Shown in pieces: positions 1-10,650 of a stretch of DNA of 64,000 nucleotides. The number at the start of each line of letters is the position of its first letter. The first letter of the stretch is position 1. Source of the stretch: a candidate division TM6 bacterium UASB340 (lineage in GTDB: Bacteria > Babelota > Babeliae > Babelales > UASB340); the NCBI GenBank assembly GCA_001468925.1, contig LDIX01000005.1:2184-66183 (forward strand), given 5' to 3'. A program made the position numbers and the translations under genes. The notes beneath the pieces are model-generated. The model was not told the origin of the DNA, did no database searches, and saw only the letters and a program-made list of their open reading frames with translations.

Positions 1-108
1 TTGCAAAAAACAGGCTTAAGGCTTGGAAAATGGAGATTTTTAACAAAAAAAGAGGTTGATTATTTAAAGGGGTTGGGGGATGAATCAAATTTTAATAAAA
101 AAAGTTAA
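1..108 (+). CDS. 3' end of a gene running in from the left edge (possible RsuA/RluB-type pseudouridine synthase C-terminus)
   Basis: The frame is open from nt 1 and ends with TAA at 106-108. It translates as LQKTGLRLGKWRFLTKKEVDYLKGLGDESNFNKKS. The G.WR.LT..E..L tail resembles pseudouridine synthase C-termini, but the fragment is very short. Confidence 0.3.
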   Translation: MQKTGLRLGKWRFLTKKEVDYLKGLGDESNFNKKS

Positions 109-167
109 ATATTATTATTTATAGACAAATATTTTATGTAAAAAAATGTAGCGATTTTGGGCTTTAA

Positions 168-1145
168 ATGCTTAATTTTAATTTTACAAATTCTATAAAT
201 TACTTTTTTGATAAAAAAACTATTTTACATACATCGCCTCATCCGGATGATGTAACTCTTGGTTATTTGCCATATATTAATTGGTTGTTAAAAAACACTC
301 AAAATAGACATAATTTTTTGATTATGACCAGTGGCTCTAATGCAGTAAGAAATTTATATCTAGAAAATATTTTAGAAAAAATAAAATATAATTTATTAAA
401 TAATGAAATTAATAATTTTTTAGAAAAAAAAGTAGTTAATAATTTAGTTGATAATATTGATAATTATAAAAGTATATTATTAACTAAAATTGAAGAATTA
501 TTGGAAAATTTAAAACAAAATAATGTAAATGCTGAATTAGAATTTTTAAAGGGAATTATTCGAGAAGCAGAAGAAGAATCCGTTTGGAATAATTTTAAAA
601 TAAGTAACAAAAATGTTATTGCTTTTAGAGCAAATTTCTATAGATCTAAAACAGAAGAATTATCTCAAGATATTAATAATTTTTATAAATTCTTATTAAA
701 TATAAATCCGGATATAATAACCGTGGCAATTGATCCTAAAAATAGTGCTCCATTAACACACTATAAAACTTTTAAAGTTATTCAAAATGCCGTTAAATTA
801 TTTTCTGAAAATTTAAAAAAAGATTTAATTATAATTGGATATAGAAATGTATGGTGTCAATTTTTACCCCAAGAGGCAAATATTTTTTTTCCAGTTACAA
901 ATCAAGATTTTGATTTATTAAAAAAAACTTTTATAAATTCTTATAAAACTCAAATTGATGCAATGTTCCCTAGTTCAAAATATTCAGGCAATTTTGCAGA
1001 TATTGCCGTTGAAATTATGAAAAATAACTTAATTAATTTTAATAATAAATTTAGTAATAAAATTAACGACGAAAATATTGATGGTTTATGTTTTTTAAAG
1101 CAAATGAATATTAAAGAGTTTATAAATTTATCTCTAGATTATTAA
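168..1145 (+). CDS. PIG-L/LmbE-like family protein (putative deacetylase)
   Basis: ORF track. The N-terminal ILHTSPHPDDVTLGY matches the HPDD metal-binding motif of PIG-L/LmbE deacetylases. I do not recognise the rest. Confidence 0.4.
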   Translation: MLNFNFTNSINYFFDKKTILHTSPHPDDVTLGYLPYINWLLKNTQNRHNFLIMTSGSNAVRNLYLENILEKIKYNLLNNEINNFLEKKVVNNLVDNIDNYKSILLTKIEELLENLKQNNVNAELEFLKGIIREAEEESVWNNFKISNKNVIAFRANFYRSKTEELSQDINNFYKFLLNINPDIITVAIDPKNSAPLTHYKTFKVIQNAVKLFSENLKKDLIIIGYRNVWCQFLPQEANIFFPVTNQDFDLLKKTFINSYKTQIDAMFPSSKYSGNFADIAVEIMKNNLINFNNKFSNKINDENIDGLCFLKQMNIKEFINLSLDY

Positions 1146-2344
1146 GATTTTAGTTTTTCTGTTATTTTTTTTAATGTTTTTTTTACCATATCTATTGGAA
1201 ATTTAAGTATAGACTTATCTTTTATTTGAGTTGTCGATATTTCTTTTTCTATTTTTTTAATTAAATTTTTAAATTTCATTTTATATGTAATTATATTTGG
1301 CGTATTTTTATTTAAATATCTAAAGATTTTAGCTGATTTATTTTTCATTAATTCATCATTTATTAATATTCTATATTGTATTTGGTCAAATTCAGCTTCA
1401 TCTTCTTTATCAGAAAATGTTTTTGGGGAATTATAAATATTTAAGTGACTACTTACATTACAATCAAGGTCAAATGGAATTCCCCATGGTTTTGATTTGT
1501 AAACAAAGTTATTTACAATTTCTTTTGGTATAAATATTTGTAATAATATTCCCGTCATATCGTCTTCTTCGTTAGATAATAAATAATATATTTCATGAAG
1601 CTTTCCTAGGTATTTTGTATATAAGTTTTGTATTTCAAAATATTCAAATATGTTTTTTATTAGCATCATATGATTTGTATAATTTGCATTTGCTGATTCC
1701 AAAAAATATCCAAAAGATGATTCTCCACTTGGGTCATATAAAGTATTTCCAAAAAGAGATGGATTAACCGACAATATAAGCGTTCTAATATCATCATAAT
1801 CATCATTAATATTATATTTAAATTTATTTAGAAATTCCATGACATTTTTATATTTTTTGGATTCTTTATTTGGTATTCTTAATAAAATGAATGAATTTAT
1901 AGTTTCTTTATACATTTTTTTGTATATTTTTTTACAAAGATCTTGGTAAAGTAAAAATACTCTATCTTGTGCATGATAAAAAACAAAGCTGTTATCTTTA
2001 AATTTTAATTCTTTATTCAATGCATCATTTAAAATAGATTTTATTGTGTTTATTCCTATGTAATTAATTGTTGTATTTAGGTAGTTTGCTACATAATCTG
2101 AATTTAAAAAATTAAATATAGGTTTTTTTAAATTCAGTATGTGTGCTATCGTTGGTGTTAATTGATTGCCATAAAAGCTATTTTTATTTTCTATATTGTA
2201 TTTTGCCAAGGTATCATTAATAATTTTAGTAAGAATTGATTCTTGAGCATTGCTTAATACTATTGTTGACGCAAAAAACAAAATTGATATAATTTTTTTA
2301 CAAAATTTATGACATAAAATTGATGCCATATTAATAACCCCCAT
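1142..2344 (-). CDS. hypothetical exported protein
   Basis: 400-aa ORF with a hydrophobic N-terminus (ISILFFASTIVLSNAQE). No motif recognised. Confidence 0.5.
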   Translation of the reverse strand: MGVINMASILCHKFCKKIISILFFASTIVLSNAQESILTKIINDTLAKYNIENKNSFYGNQLTPTIAHILNLKKPIFNFLNSDYVANYLNTTINYIGINTIKSILNDALNKELKFKDNSFVFYHAQDRVFLLYQDLCKKIYKKMYKETINSFILLRIPNKESKKYKNVMEFLNKFKYNINDDYDDIRTLILSVNPSLFGNTLYDPSGESSFGYFLESANANYTNHMMLIKNIFEYFEIQNLYTKYLGKLHEIYYLLSNEEDDMTGILLQIFIPKEIVNNFVYKSKPWGIPFDLDCNVSSHLNIYNSPKTFSDKEDEAEFDQIQYRILINDELMKNKSAKIFRYLNKNTPNIITYKMKFKNLIKKIEKEISTTQIKDKSILKFPIDMVKKTLKKITEKLKS

Positions 2345-2489
2345 TTAAGTAAAAACTACTAATTGAGCATACTTTTATGTATATTTTTTATCAAAAGGGT
2401 ATGGCAATAGAAGCTATTTTGCTTCTAAATTTTGAAATTTATCAATTATTAAAGATTAGACCTTTTCTATGTGTAAGAAAAATATATTA

Positions 2490-3722
2490 TTATCCAGCAA
2501 CTTGTTTCAGGCTGTTGGATATATATATTTTATTGGTTTGTTGCTTATTTAGCATTTTTCTTAAATCATCTATTTTATTTATTTGTTCCCAACTTAAATT
2601 TTTTGTACTTTCGCCAAAATGTCCAAATTTTGCGGTTTGCTTATAAATAGGTGTTTTTAAATTTAAATATTCAATTATATCCGCAGGTTTTAATGGAAAA
2701 ATTTCTTTTACAGCAGATTCTATAAAATTATCGTCAATATTGTTTATTAAATTTGTTCCAAAAGTATTAATATAAATAGAAACAGGTTTAGCAACGCCTA
2801 TTGAATAAGCTATTTGAACTTCGCATTTTTCAGCAATTTTTGCAGCAATGATATTTTTTGCAATATGTCTTGCCATATATGCAGCACTTCGGTCTACTTT
2901 GGATGGATCTTTACCCGAAAAACATCCCCCACCATGTCGCCCGGCTCCGCCGTATGTATCTACAATTATTTTGCGTCCCGTAAGCCCAGTATCTCCTTCA
3001 GGTCCGCCTATAACAAATGATCCGGTTGGATTAATAAAAAATTTTGTGTCTTTTGTCAGATATTTTTCACATACCGCATAAATTAATTTTTCTTTTATTT
3101 CTTTTTTAATAAAATCTTGAGAAATTTCTGGGTTGTGTTGAGTTGAAACAATTACATGTGTTACTTCAGTTGGTTTTCCATTTAAATATTTTACAGTTAT
3201 CTGAGCTTTTCCATCCGGTCTTAGCCAAGGCAATATTTTTGATTCTCGCAAATAGGTTAATTTTTGGGTCAGCTTATGAGCCAAATCTATTGGTAAAGGC
3301 ATAAAAGATTCTGTTTCATTACAAGCATATCCAAACATTAGTCCTTGATCGCCGGCACCTTGCTCATGATTTTCTTTTTTATTAATACCAATTGAAATGT
3401 CAGGACTTTGTTTGCTAATGGATGTTATTATTTTGCAGGCATCAATATCAAAGCCATACTCTTTATTTGTATATCCAATTGATTTTAAAGTTTCTATAGC
3501 TATTTCTTTTATATCAACATTACCATTAGAAGTTATTTCTCCGGCTATGACTAATAAATTTTTTGCAATTAAACATTCACATGCAACCCTTGAATTTTTA
3601 TCTTGAGATATATATGCATCCAATATAGCGTCTGAAATTTGATCACATATTTTATCAGGATGCCCAATGGTTACAGATTCAGATGAAAACAGATAATTTT
3701 CATTTAAATTTATTTTGTTCAT
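2490..3722 (-). CDS. metK: S-adenosylmethionine synthetase
   Basis: GHPDKICDQISDAILDA, GAGDQGLMFGYA and GGGCFSGKDPSKVDRSAAY are the canonical MetK motifs, present across the full length. Confidence 0.95.
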   Translation of the reverse strand: MNKINLNENYLFSSESVTIGHPDKICDQISDAILDAYISQDKNSRVACECLIAKNLLVIAGEITSNGNVDIKEIAIETLKSIGYTNKEYGFDIDACKIITSISKQSPDISIGINKKENHEQGAGDQGLMFGYACNETESFMPLPIDLAHKLTQKLTYLRESKILPWLRPDGKAQITVKYLNGKPTEVTHVIVSTQHNPEISQDFIKKEIKEKLIYAVCEKYLTKDTKFFINPTGSFVIGGPEGDTGLTGRKIIVDTYGGAGRHGGGCFSGKDPSKVDRSAAYMARHIAKNIIAAKIAEKCEVQIAYSIGVAKPVSIYINTFGTNLINNIDDNFIESAVKEIFPLKPADIIEYLNLKTPIYKQTAKFGHFGESTKNLSWEQINKIDDLRKMLNKQQTNKIYISNSLKQVAG

Positions 3723-3815
3723 TAATCTACTCTTTCACTTTTTTGTTGATTATTCTTCAAAAATAATAGAACTTTAAAAATAATTGTAAATAATAAATTT
3801 AGTTGAAAGAATTTT

Positions 3816-4412
3816 ATGCAAAAAGAGATAGAGATAAAATTAAAATTGGATAAAACTAATAGCGAAAAATTAAATTTGTGGTTAACTGAAAATGCAAAGT
3901 ATATTAATTCATTGAATATTACAGATTATTATTTTGATAATCCAAAATGTTCGTTTTATTCAATGTCAAAAACTGGATATAAAGAGGCTTTAAATTTTTT
4001 ACGCTTAAGATTATCTGATAAAGATAATTTGATTTGTTTTAAAAAACGTGAAATTGATGATTCTGGAAAAACTTTAAGTGTGGATGAAGTTGAAACTAAA
4101 ATTGATGATGGTTCTAAATTTATTGAAATTTTAAAAAACTCAAGATTTAGTGACGTTATAGAGATAAAAAAAACTCGTGAAATTTTTTTATATAAAAATT
4201 TATTTGAATTCTCAATAGACAAATTTGATAAACACGGTGAATTTATTGAAATTGAACTTAAAAATTATTATGGATCTGTTTTAGATGGAATAGAACAAAT
4301 TTATAATTTATTAAAGGCTATTAAAATTACTAAATTTATTCTATTCGATAGAGGTTATTTGACAATGTTTATTAATCCAAATTATGATTTTGGAAAAAAT
4401 ATAAACTTATAA
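3816..4412 (+). CDS. CYTH-domain protein (class IV adenylate cyclase / triphosphatase family)
   Basis: The N-terminal EIEIKLKL matches the ExExK signature of CYTH domains. The ~200-aa size fits. Confidence 0.55.
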   Translation: MQKEIEIKLKLDKTNSEKLNLWLTENAKYINSLNITDYYFDNPKCSFYSMSKTGYKEALNFLRLRLSDKDNLICFKKREIDDSGKTLSVDEVETKIDDGSKFIEILKNSRFSDVIEIKKTREIFLYKNLFEFSIDKFDKHGEFIEIELKNYYGSVLDGIEQIYNLLKAIKITKFILFDRGYLTMFINPNYDFGKNINL

Positions 4413-4413
4413 A

Positions 4414-5727
4414 TCAATATCCATCAATATGTTCAGGAAGATTGAATTTATCGTCAGATATTACTATGTCTGACCAACCGCATTTGGTATATTTTTCGAA
4501 GTAATATGAAAATATTTCATTAAAATCGTTGTTTGTTTTTGTTAAGTATCCCTGGTTTTTTATGAATGGATCAAGAAATCTAAGTTTAGGTTTTACACAA
4601 ACAAATTTATTTTCAATATTTTCATTATTATTTTTGTAAAAATATTTATCAGGTTTTTCGATTCTTTCTAATAAATCATTAATTTCAGAATCTTTATATG
4701 AATATTTTTTTATTTTTTCCCAGATGGCTGTATCTGTTACTTTAGGTGCAAAGATTAAATCTTCTATAGTTATTACTTTTTTTTCTATAATTTTTTCCAA
4801 AAGTATTGCACCATAATAATTTACTAATTGGCACCAGTAAGAAGCTGCATTTTTCAAATCAAATAGCATTGCCGTGGCACCAAAATTAGTTGCAAGATCC
4901 AGATCATTTTCATTGAATGTCCAATTGCCTTTTTCGTCTATAGTCAAAGATTCTATTATTTTATCTACATCTTCTTTAGTTATGTCTCCGGATAAAAAAC
5001 ATCCTGTTAAAGTATATTCTAAATTATCAGCGCAAATATTTGGCGCTTTTTGTTTAACAACAGGATTGTTTTCAATAAGAATATCTTTTACCTCGATATC
5101 ATATTTTTTAAGAATTTCGGTAATTCCTGTTTTATCAAAAAACCATTCGAATATCATGTCTTGAATAGCTGTTACATTCTTTTCATTTACTATGAATTTA
5201 GACATTTCTGAAATAATTGGGTCATTGTTTAATTGTTTATTACACAAAATATTTCTAATTAAAGCATCTCCCAGATGAGAAAATTTTGTATGCGTTGCAT
5301 CATGTAAAATTGCACTAATAATTTCCTTTAAAGACCGTTGATGATGGCATAAAATTACTGCCATATTTATACTGTGATCACCCCTTGAATAAGATTCTAT
5401 ATTGTATTCATTATTGAAAAGTATATTTTTATGAGAACCATAAACACTAAGCCCATATTGATTTATACTGAATAATCTTTTAATGTACGGGTGACTAATT
5501 ATTTCTATAATTGCTTTTTCATTTGTAAATTTTTTATTAAGATTTACTTTACCATATAATAAACTCTTTATTTCAAGTCCATCATCTGTTTCTTTTATTT
5601 TAACTAATGGTTCGCGATAATCTGAATTACATATTTGACTATTAGCCAAAAGGCTTATATTAATCATAACTGCACAGATAATTACAGAAATAAACAAATA
5701 ATTTAATTTTTTAAAAATTTTGTACAT
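4414..5727 (-). CDS. HD-domain phosphohydrolase with N-terminal membrane anchor/signal
   Basis: RGDHSINMAVI ... AILHDATHTKFSHLGD resembles the H..HD..H.PFSH motif of dNTP-triphosphohydrolase-like HD proteins. The N-terminus is hydrophobic. Confidence 0.6.
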   Translation of the reverse strand: MYKIFKKLNYLFISVIICAVMINISLLANSQICNSDYREPLVKIKETDDGLEIKSLLYGKVNLNKKFTNEKAIIEIISHPYIKRLFSINQYGLSVYGSHKNILFNNEYNIESYSRGDHSINMAVILCHHQRSLKEIISAILHDATHTKFSHLGDALIRNILCNKQLNNDPIISEMSKFIVNEKNVTAIQDMIFEWFFDKTGITEILKKYDIEVKDILIENNPVVKQKAPNICADNLEYTLTGCFLSGDITKEDVDKIIESLTIDEKGNWTFNENDLDLATNFGATAMLFDLKNAASYWCQLVNYYGAILLEKIIEKKVITIEDLIFAPKVTDTAIWEKIKKYSYKDSEINDLLERIEKPDKYFYKNNNENIENKFVCVKPKLRFLDPFIKNQGYLTKTNNDFNEIFSYYFEKYTKCGWSDIVISDDKFNLPEHIDGY

Positions 5728-5822
5728 AAAAAAAATCTCGATCCAATAAATATTAAATTTTTTATAGAGAGAAGATTATACTAATAAATTAACTGAAATT
5801 GTAAAGAATTTTATGATTAAAA

Positions 5823-5853
5823 TTAGGATCTTAAAACAAAATTAAGATCCTAA
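5823..5853 (-). terminator. hairpin downstream of the ferritin-like gene
   Basis: 12-bp perfect stem TTAGGATCTTAA / TTAAGATCCTAA with a 7-nt loop, in T-rich flanks. It lies between the stop of 5871..6356 and the start of 4414..5727. Confidence 0.5.
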
Positions 5854-5870
5854 TTTGATTTTGAAATTAT

Positions 5871-6356
5871 TTAGATTAAATTTATATCTTCCAAAAGATT
5901 CTCAAGATCGTCTTCATGTTCAACTTCATCAGCAAGTATTTGTTGAGCTATATCATAAGTCAAAATATCTTTATCTTTTGTAAAATCTATCAATTCTTGA
6001 TAAATATTTATAGCACAACGTTCACCATCTATATTCTGTTCAAGTAATTTTTTAACATGAGGATCTGTTGGTGCTGAATATCCGCAATTAGTGTGAACAT
6101 ACCAATCTTTAGGTTCCAATATTGGAGTGCCGCCAAGTTGTACAATTCTGGTTGAAAGCATTTGTGAATGACGTAATTCATCAGCTGCATGTTGATTTAA
6201 CTCGGCAATTATAGATTCTTTCATTGGTCCTTTTGCAACTTGAGCTCCAATCCAATATTGATAATAAGCTAACCACTCATCGGCGAATGCCTTATTTAAT
6301 TTTTTTACAAGTTCAGTTGCATTTACTTTTATAATTTCAGTGCCTCTTTTTCCCAT
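5871..6356 (-). CDS. ferritin-like (bacterioferritin/Dps-like) di-iron protein
   Basis: EWLAYYQYW, AADELRHSQML and ADEVEHEDDL give the E..H pairs typical of ferritin-like four-helix bundles. Confidence 0.7.
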   Translation of the reverse strand: MGKRGTEIIKVNATELVKKLNKAFADEWLAYYQYWIGAQVAKGPMKESIIAELNQHAADELRHSQMLSTRIVQLGGTPILEPKDWYVHTNCGYSAPTDPHVKKLLEQNIDGERCAINIYQELIDFTKDKDILTYDIAQQILADEVEHEDDLENLLEDINLI

Positions 6357-6471
6357 ATAAAACTCCTATGATTTTGTATTTTATTTTTTAAAAAATAAAT
6401 TTTAAGTATAAAAGATTAGTTATTATACTTTTTCAGTTTAAAATATTTTTACAATAAAGAAAGATGTATAA

Positions 6472-7497
6472 ATGAAATGTATAAATATTGTTTTGTTCAG
6501 TTTATATATTACATCTAATATATATGCTTTAAGCATTTCATATTATTCACTTAAAAATTTTAAAAAAAGTTTGGAAAACGAGGACCGCTTTATTATTAAT
6601 GAAGATTTGGAAAAAAAAATAAATATATATGGTGTTTTTGATGGTCATGGCGGTAGTTTGGTTGCAGAATATTTAAAAGAAAATTTTGTAAATTTTTTTT
6701 TTAAATATTTATTATCAAGTACATTCAAAAAACTAGATATTAATGATATTATTGGTGATTTTTTATTCTCAGATATTAATTATGAATTAGAACAACAAAA
6801 TATTGGCTTTTCTATGGGATCAACAGCTAATATTGTATTTATTATTGATAAAAAAATTTATTTTACTAATGTAGGAGATTCCAGATCTGTGTTATTTGAT
6901 AATAACGATAAAATAATTTTTGCAACAACAGATCAAAAGCCTTCATTGGATTCAATTAGAACGAGAATAATGCTTTTACATGGTGTTAATCTTCGGCATA
7001 CAATTGGTTTTTTTAATAAAGAAGATAATAAAATGAATAAATTTGAAAAATATATTATGTTTAAAGATCAGAGTATTAAAGAGACTTATTATTATGGATT
7101 GGATAAAAAATTATATTCTGAAGAAGATCTTGAATCTAATTTTTCTTTAGAAAATTATGATAAAAGAGAATTTTATCAAATTGGCATAGAAGACTTGAAG
7201 GATCATTTTACATATTTCTCTTTAGATAGTGCATTTGGAGATTTTAATTTTAAGGAATATGGGTTTGATGCCAGTTGTGATGTTACAGAAATAGATTTAA
7301 CAGGAACAGAAAAATATTTAGTTTTAGCTACAGATGGTTTTTGGGATAAAGTTGAAAATTCTAAATGCATAGAGTTAATTAATTTACATTTAATGCTTAA
7401 TACTAATTTTGAAAATTTAGCAGAAAAATTATGTAAATTTGCTAGAAAAAGAGATTCTATAGATGATATTACCGTTTTAGTTATAAAATTTAAATAA
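6472..7497 (+). CDS. PP2C-family Ser/Thr protein phosphatase with N-terminal signal/anchor
   Basis: YGVFDGHGG, TDGFWD and DDITVLVIKF are PP2C signature motifs. The N-terminus is hydrophobic (CINIVLFSLYITSNIYA). Confidence 0.8.
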   Translation: MKCINIVLFSLYITSNIYALSISYYSLKNFKKSLENEDRFIINEDLEKKINIYGVFDGHGGSLVAEYLKENFVNFFFKYLLSSTFKKLDINDIIGDFLFSDINYELEQQNIGFSMGSTANIVFIIDKKIYFTNVGDSRSVLFDNNDKIIFATTDQKPSLDSIRTRIMLLHGVNLRHTIGFFNKEDNKMNKFEKYIMFKDQSIKETYYYGLDKKLYSEEDLESNFSLENYDKREFYQIGIEDLKDHFTYFSLDSAFGDFNFKEYGFDASCDVTEIDLTGTEKYLVLATDGFWDKVENSKCIELINLHLMLNTNFENLAEKLCKFARKRDSIDDITVLVIKFK

Positions 7498-8287
7498 GAT
7501 TATGTTGTCTTTTATTTTTTAAAAAAATGGAGATTAAAAAAATTATACCGCTTGAAATTATTATCATTGGCCCGGCACTAATATTTGTATATTTAAAAAG
7601 TATAATGCCAAGAAAACTTGATATCATTCCTATAAACATTGATAAAAAAGAGTATTGATTAAGCGTATGACTTAAATTTTTACTTGAGCTTGCTGGAATA
7701 GCAATTAATGCTGCTGTCATTAATCCGCCGACTATCCTGATACCAAGGGCAACTGTAATTGCAATACAAGCTAAAAAAATGAAGTTATATTTTTTTATAT
7801 TTATTCCATTAACAATTGCTATGTCTTTTGAAATTGTTATAAGAATTAGTTTTTTGTAAATTTTTTTTATTATTAAAAATATAGAAATTGATACTAATGA
7901 TATGAATATCATACTTTTAAATGTTATTGAAGATATATCACCAATTAAAGCGGTTGCGGTTTTATTTTGTGGCAAGAATAGAAATGATGTGGACATTGTT
8001 ACAGGAAAGACAACGGCTGTTATTGCTTCTATAGATAGTCCTGTTATTTGTTGTAATCCCCAAATTATGATTATTCCAATAATTAAAAATATTAAGGCTC
8101 CAATCGAAACATCAAAATTGTAAAATAAAGCTAATGCTATTCCCGGTAATGCTAAGTGTCCAAGAGCTCCTCCCATTAAAGCCATTTTCTGAGTAACCAT
8201 TATGGAGCCAATATATCCAGATAACCCTCCAATAAATATTCCAATTATTAAGGCTAATATAAAATTTATACTAAACAATAGTTCCAT
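7490..8287 (-). CDS. ABC-3 type metal (Zn/Mn) transporter permease
   Basis: A polytopic membrane protein of ZnuB/MntB size and hydrophobicity pattern. It is almost contiguous with the ATPase gene upstream (3 nt apart), consistent with translational coupling. Confidence 0.7.
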   Translation of the reverse strand: MELLFSINFILALIIGIFIGGLSGYIGSIMVTQKMALMGGALGHLALPGIALALFYNFDVSIGALIFLIIGIIIIWGLQQITGLSIEAITAVVFPVTMSTSFLFLPQNKTATALIGDISSITFKSMIFISLVSISIFLIIKKIYKKLILITISKDIAIVNGINIKKYNFIFLACIAITVALGIRIVGGLMTAALIAIPASSSKNLSHTLNQYSFLSMFIGMISSFLGIILFKYTNISAGPMIIISSGIIFLISIFLKNKRQHNLI

Positions 8288-8289
8288 AC

Positions 8290-8991
8290 TTAACTTTCAT
8301 GATGGTTGTGCTTGTAATATTTTATTTCAGAGCCATAAAGATTTTTTAAATTTTCAGGCGTTAATACCATATCCGGTTTTCCCATGCATAATATTTTTTT
8401 ATTTAAGCATATTACTTTATTTGCATGTTCCCAAACGATACTTAAATCATGCGTAACAAGAATAATTGTTAATTTCCACAAATTCCAAAATTTATGTAAT
8501 AGGGTATATATAGTTTCTTCGCCACCTATGTCGATACCAGAGGTAGGCTCATCAAGTATTAATACTGTTGGCTTATTTATTAAAGCCCAAGCAATCGTCA
8601 TTCTTTGAAATTGACCTGTAGATAATTGATTAAATTGTTTATCTAGTATATTTTCTTTTATTCCCACAGCTTTTAATATTCCATTAATATCTTGGTCATT
8701 TGTATTTTTAAAATGAAAAAAATCTTTTATGCTTAGCGGTGGAAGATCTTTTCTTTCAAAAAATTCTTGAGGGGGTAAGTAACTTATGTGTTGCGTATTC
8801 CAATAAATTTTACCTGTATATGGAATTAATCCAATAATAGCTCTTAGTAGGGTTGACTTACCTGCGCCATTTGGCCCTAAAATTACTAGGACATCTTGTT
8901 TTTTTAGTTCAAATGATAAATTATGTACAATTAAAGAATTGTTTATTTTTACACTAAGATTATCAACTTTTAAAATATCTTCTTTAAACAT
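8290..8991 (-). CDS. ABC transporter ATP-binding protein (ZnuC-like)
   Basis: Walker A GPNGAGKSTLL, signature LSTGQFQR and Walker B LILDEPTSGID. Confidence 0.85.
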   Translation of the reverse strand: MFKEDILKVDNLSVKINNSLIVHNLSFELKKQDVLVILGPNGAGKSTLLRAIIGLIPYTGKIYWNTQHISYLPPQEFFERKDLPPLSIKDFFHFKNTNDQDINGILKAVGIKENILDKQFNQLSTGQFQRMTIAWALINKPTVLILDEPTSGIDIGGEETIYTLLHKFWNLWKLTIILVTHDLSIVWEHANKVICLNKKILCMGKPDMVLTPENLKNLYGSEIKYYKHNHHES

Positions 8992-9100
8992 TTTTTTTTA
9001 TCTAATATTTATTTTTAATATAACTTAATCAAAAAATATACATTTTTATTGTAATGTTTTTTGATTAATATTCAAATAAATAAAAATCGGGAGATATTTT

Positions 9101-10057
9101 ATGAATAAAATAATAACTAATATTTTTATAATTATATTTTTTATATGTAGTAATTTATATTCAAAAATTATTGTTACTCATGGTGCGTTTGGTGATGACA
9201 TGTCTTGGTATAAACCCGGTGGATATTTTTACGAAGCACTTGTGCCTGCTGCAAAAAATATGGGCGAAGAGGTTATATCTTTTACATGGAAGCAATTTCT
9301 TGGTGGAATTCCTCATGAAGAAAGATTTAAAGCTGCAATAGCTCTTGCAAAATTAGTAATTGATATTGCCAATCAAGGAGATAGCGAAATTATTCTTATA
9401 GGTCACAGCTATGGTGGTCATGTAATAAAAGCAGCAAGTCAACTTTTAGCTGTAGCACAAGGTCTTCAAGACGCAAATAAGCCAATAATTATTTTAGATA
9501 GAAATATTGATTCAAAAGCTTTGGATAATTGGGATCAAAAATATTACGAAGAAGCATGTGCGCAAGTTAAGGCGTACAAAGAGTTAAAATTTTTAAATAA
9601 AAGCTTAAAAAAAGATTTTTTAATAGATGAAGCTTATATTTTGGGTACACCATGTGGCGCTGATTATTGGGCTAATATGTATACTATACAGTTTTTATTT
9701 AATATGTATTCAGAATGGGATATTATTCAAGCTTTGGTTGGAGATAGATTGTTACCAGAACCAAAACATGATCGCGCTGTAAATTTAGAAGTTAGAATTA
9801 AAAATACCGGTTTATTTGGATTATTTAATAAACCTGGTCACACACAAATGCATGCTGAAATCATAGCTAAATGGATTTTGTATATACCATTTTATTTAAT
9901 GACTGAGAAAAAATCCGGTTTTGATAAGTTTAGTTTTGAAAAAAATGGAGTAATTCAATTTGCCGATGGAAAACTGCCAAAATATTCATATTCCAAAGGT
10001 AAAATGTTCGAATTTTTAAACTTTGACTGGATTAAAGATATCTTGGGAATAAAATAG
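9101..10057 (+). CDS. secreted alpha/beta-hydrolase (lipase/esterase-like)
   Basis: Signal-like N-terminus and a nucleophile elbow GHSYGG (GxSxG). Confidence 0.5.
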   Translation: MNKIITNIFIIIFFICSNLYSKIIVTHGAFGDDMSWYKPGGYFYEALVPAAKNMGEEVISFTWKQFLGGIPHEERFKAAIALAKLVIDIANQGDSEIILIGHSYGGHVIKAASQLLAVAQGLQDANKPIIILDRNIDSKALDNWDQKYYEEACAQVKAYKELKFLNKSLKKDFLIDEAYILGTPCGADYWANMYTIQFLFNMYSEWDIIQALVGDRLLPEPKHDRAVNLEVRIKNTGLFGLFNKPGHTQMHAEIIAKWILYIPFYLMTEKKSGFDKFSFEKNGVIQFADGKLPKYSYSKGKMFEFLNFDWIKDILGIK

Positions 10058-10080
10058 GCCATTTTCTTGAACTTTTTAAT

Positions 10081-10650
10081 ATGCTAAAATACATACATAA
10101 TATTTATAATAAACTATTAGATATATGCAGGGCTTTTATGATAAATGATCAAGAAAATAATATAAATAATGAACAGGATAATATCAAAACTGATAATAAT
10201 GTCCAAGTTGATAATTGTAAAATTGAGTTAGATTCAATTAAAAATCAGCTGTTAAGAGTCAATGCCGATTTTGATAATTTTAAAAAAAGAGTAAGTAAAG
10301 AAAGATCTGAATGGGAAGATCTTGCTCGTTTTGCCATTATTGAAGATATTTTGCCAATTTTTGATGATTTGGAGCGGGCTGTTGAATTAAGTAAGTCTAA
10401 CGTTGATGAAAAAAATAAATCATGGATAGATGGTTTTGAAATTATTTATAAAAATTTCAAAAAAACTTTGGACGCATTAAATATTAAAGAAGTTGATTGT
10501 TCCGGTGACTTTAATCCGGAATTTCACGAAGCATTGATGCAAGTTGAATCGGAATCTCACAAAACCGGAGAAATTGTTTTAGTATTAAATAAAGGTTATG
10601 CCTTAAATGGTAAAGTCATTAGGCATGCAAGGGTGAGTGTGGCCAAGTAA
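10081..10650 (+). CDS. grpE: nucleotide exchange factor GrpE
   Basis: RVNADFDNFKKRVSKE and a C-terminal VIRHARVSV pattern are typical of GrpE. The true start may be the internal Met at about 10138. Confidence 0.85.
   Translation: MLKYIHNIYNKLLDICRAFMINDQENNINNEQDNIKTDNNVQVDNCKIELDSIKNQLLRVNADFDNFKKRVSKERSEWEDLARFAIIEDILPIFDDLERAVELSKSNVDEKNKSWIDGFEIIYKNFKKTLDALNIKEVDCSGDFNPEFHEALMQVESESHKTGEIVLVLNKGYALNGKVIRHARVSVAK

Noticed and set aside
2377-3606. Several plus-strand ORFs (2377..2646, 2814..3020, 2848..3081, 3397..3606).
   Set aside because: All are antisense to, or overlap, the unambiguous metK gene.
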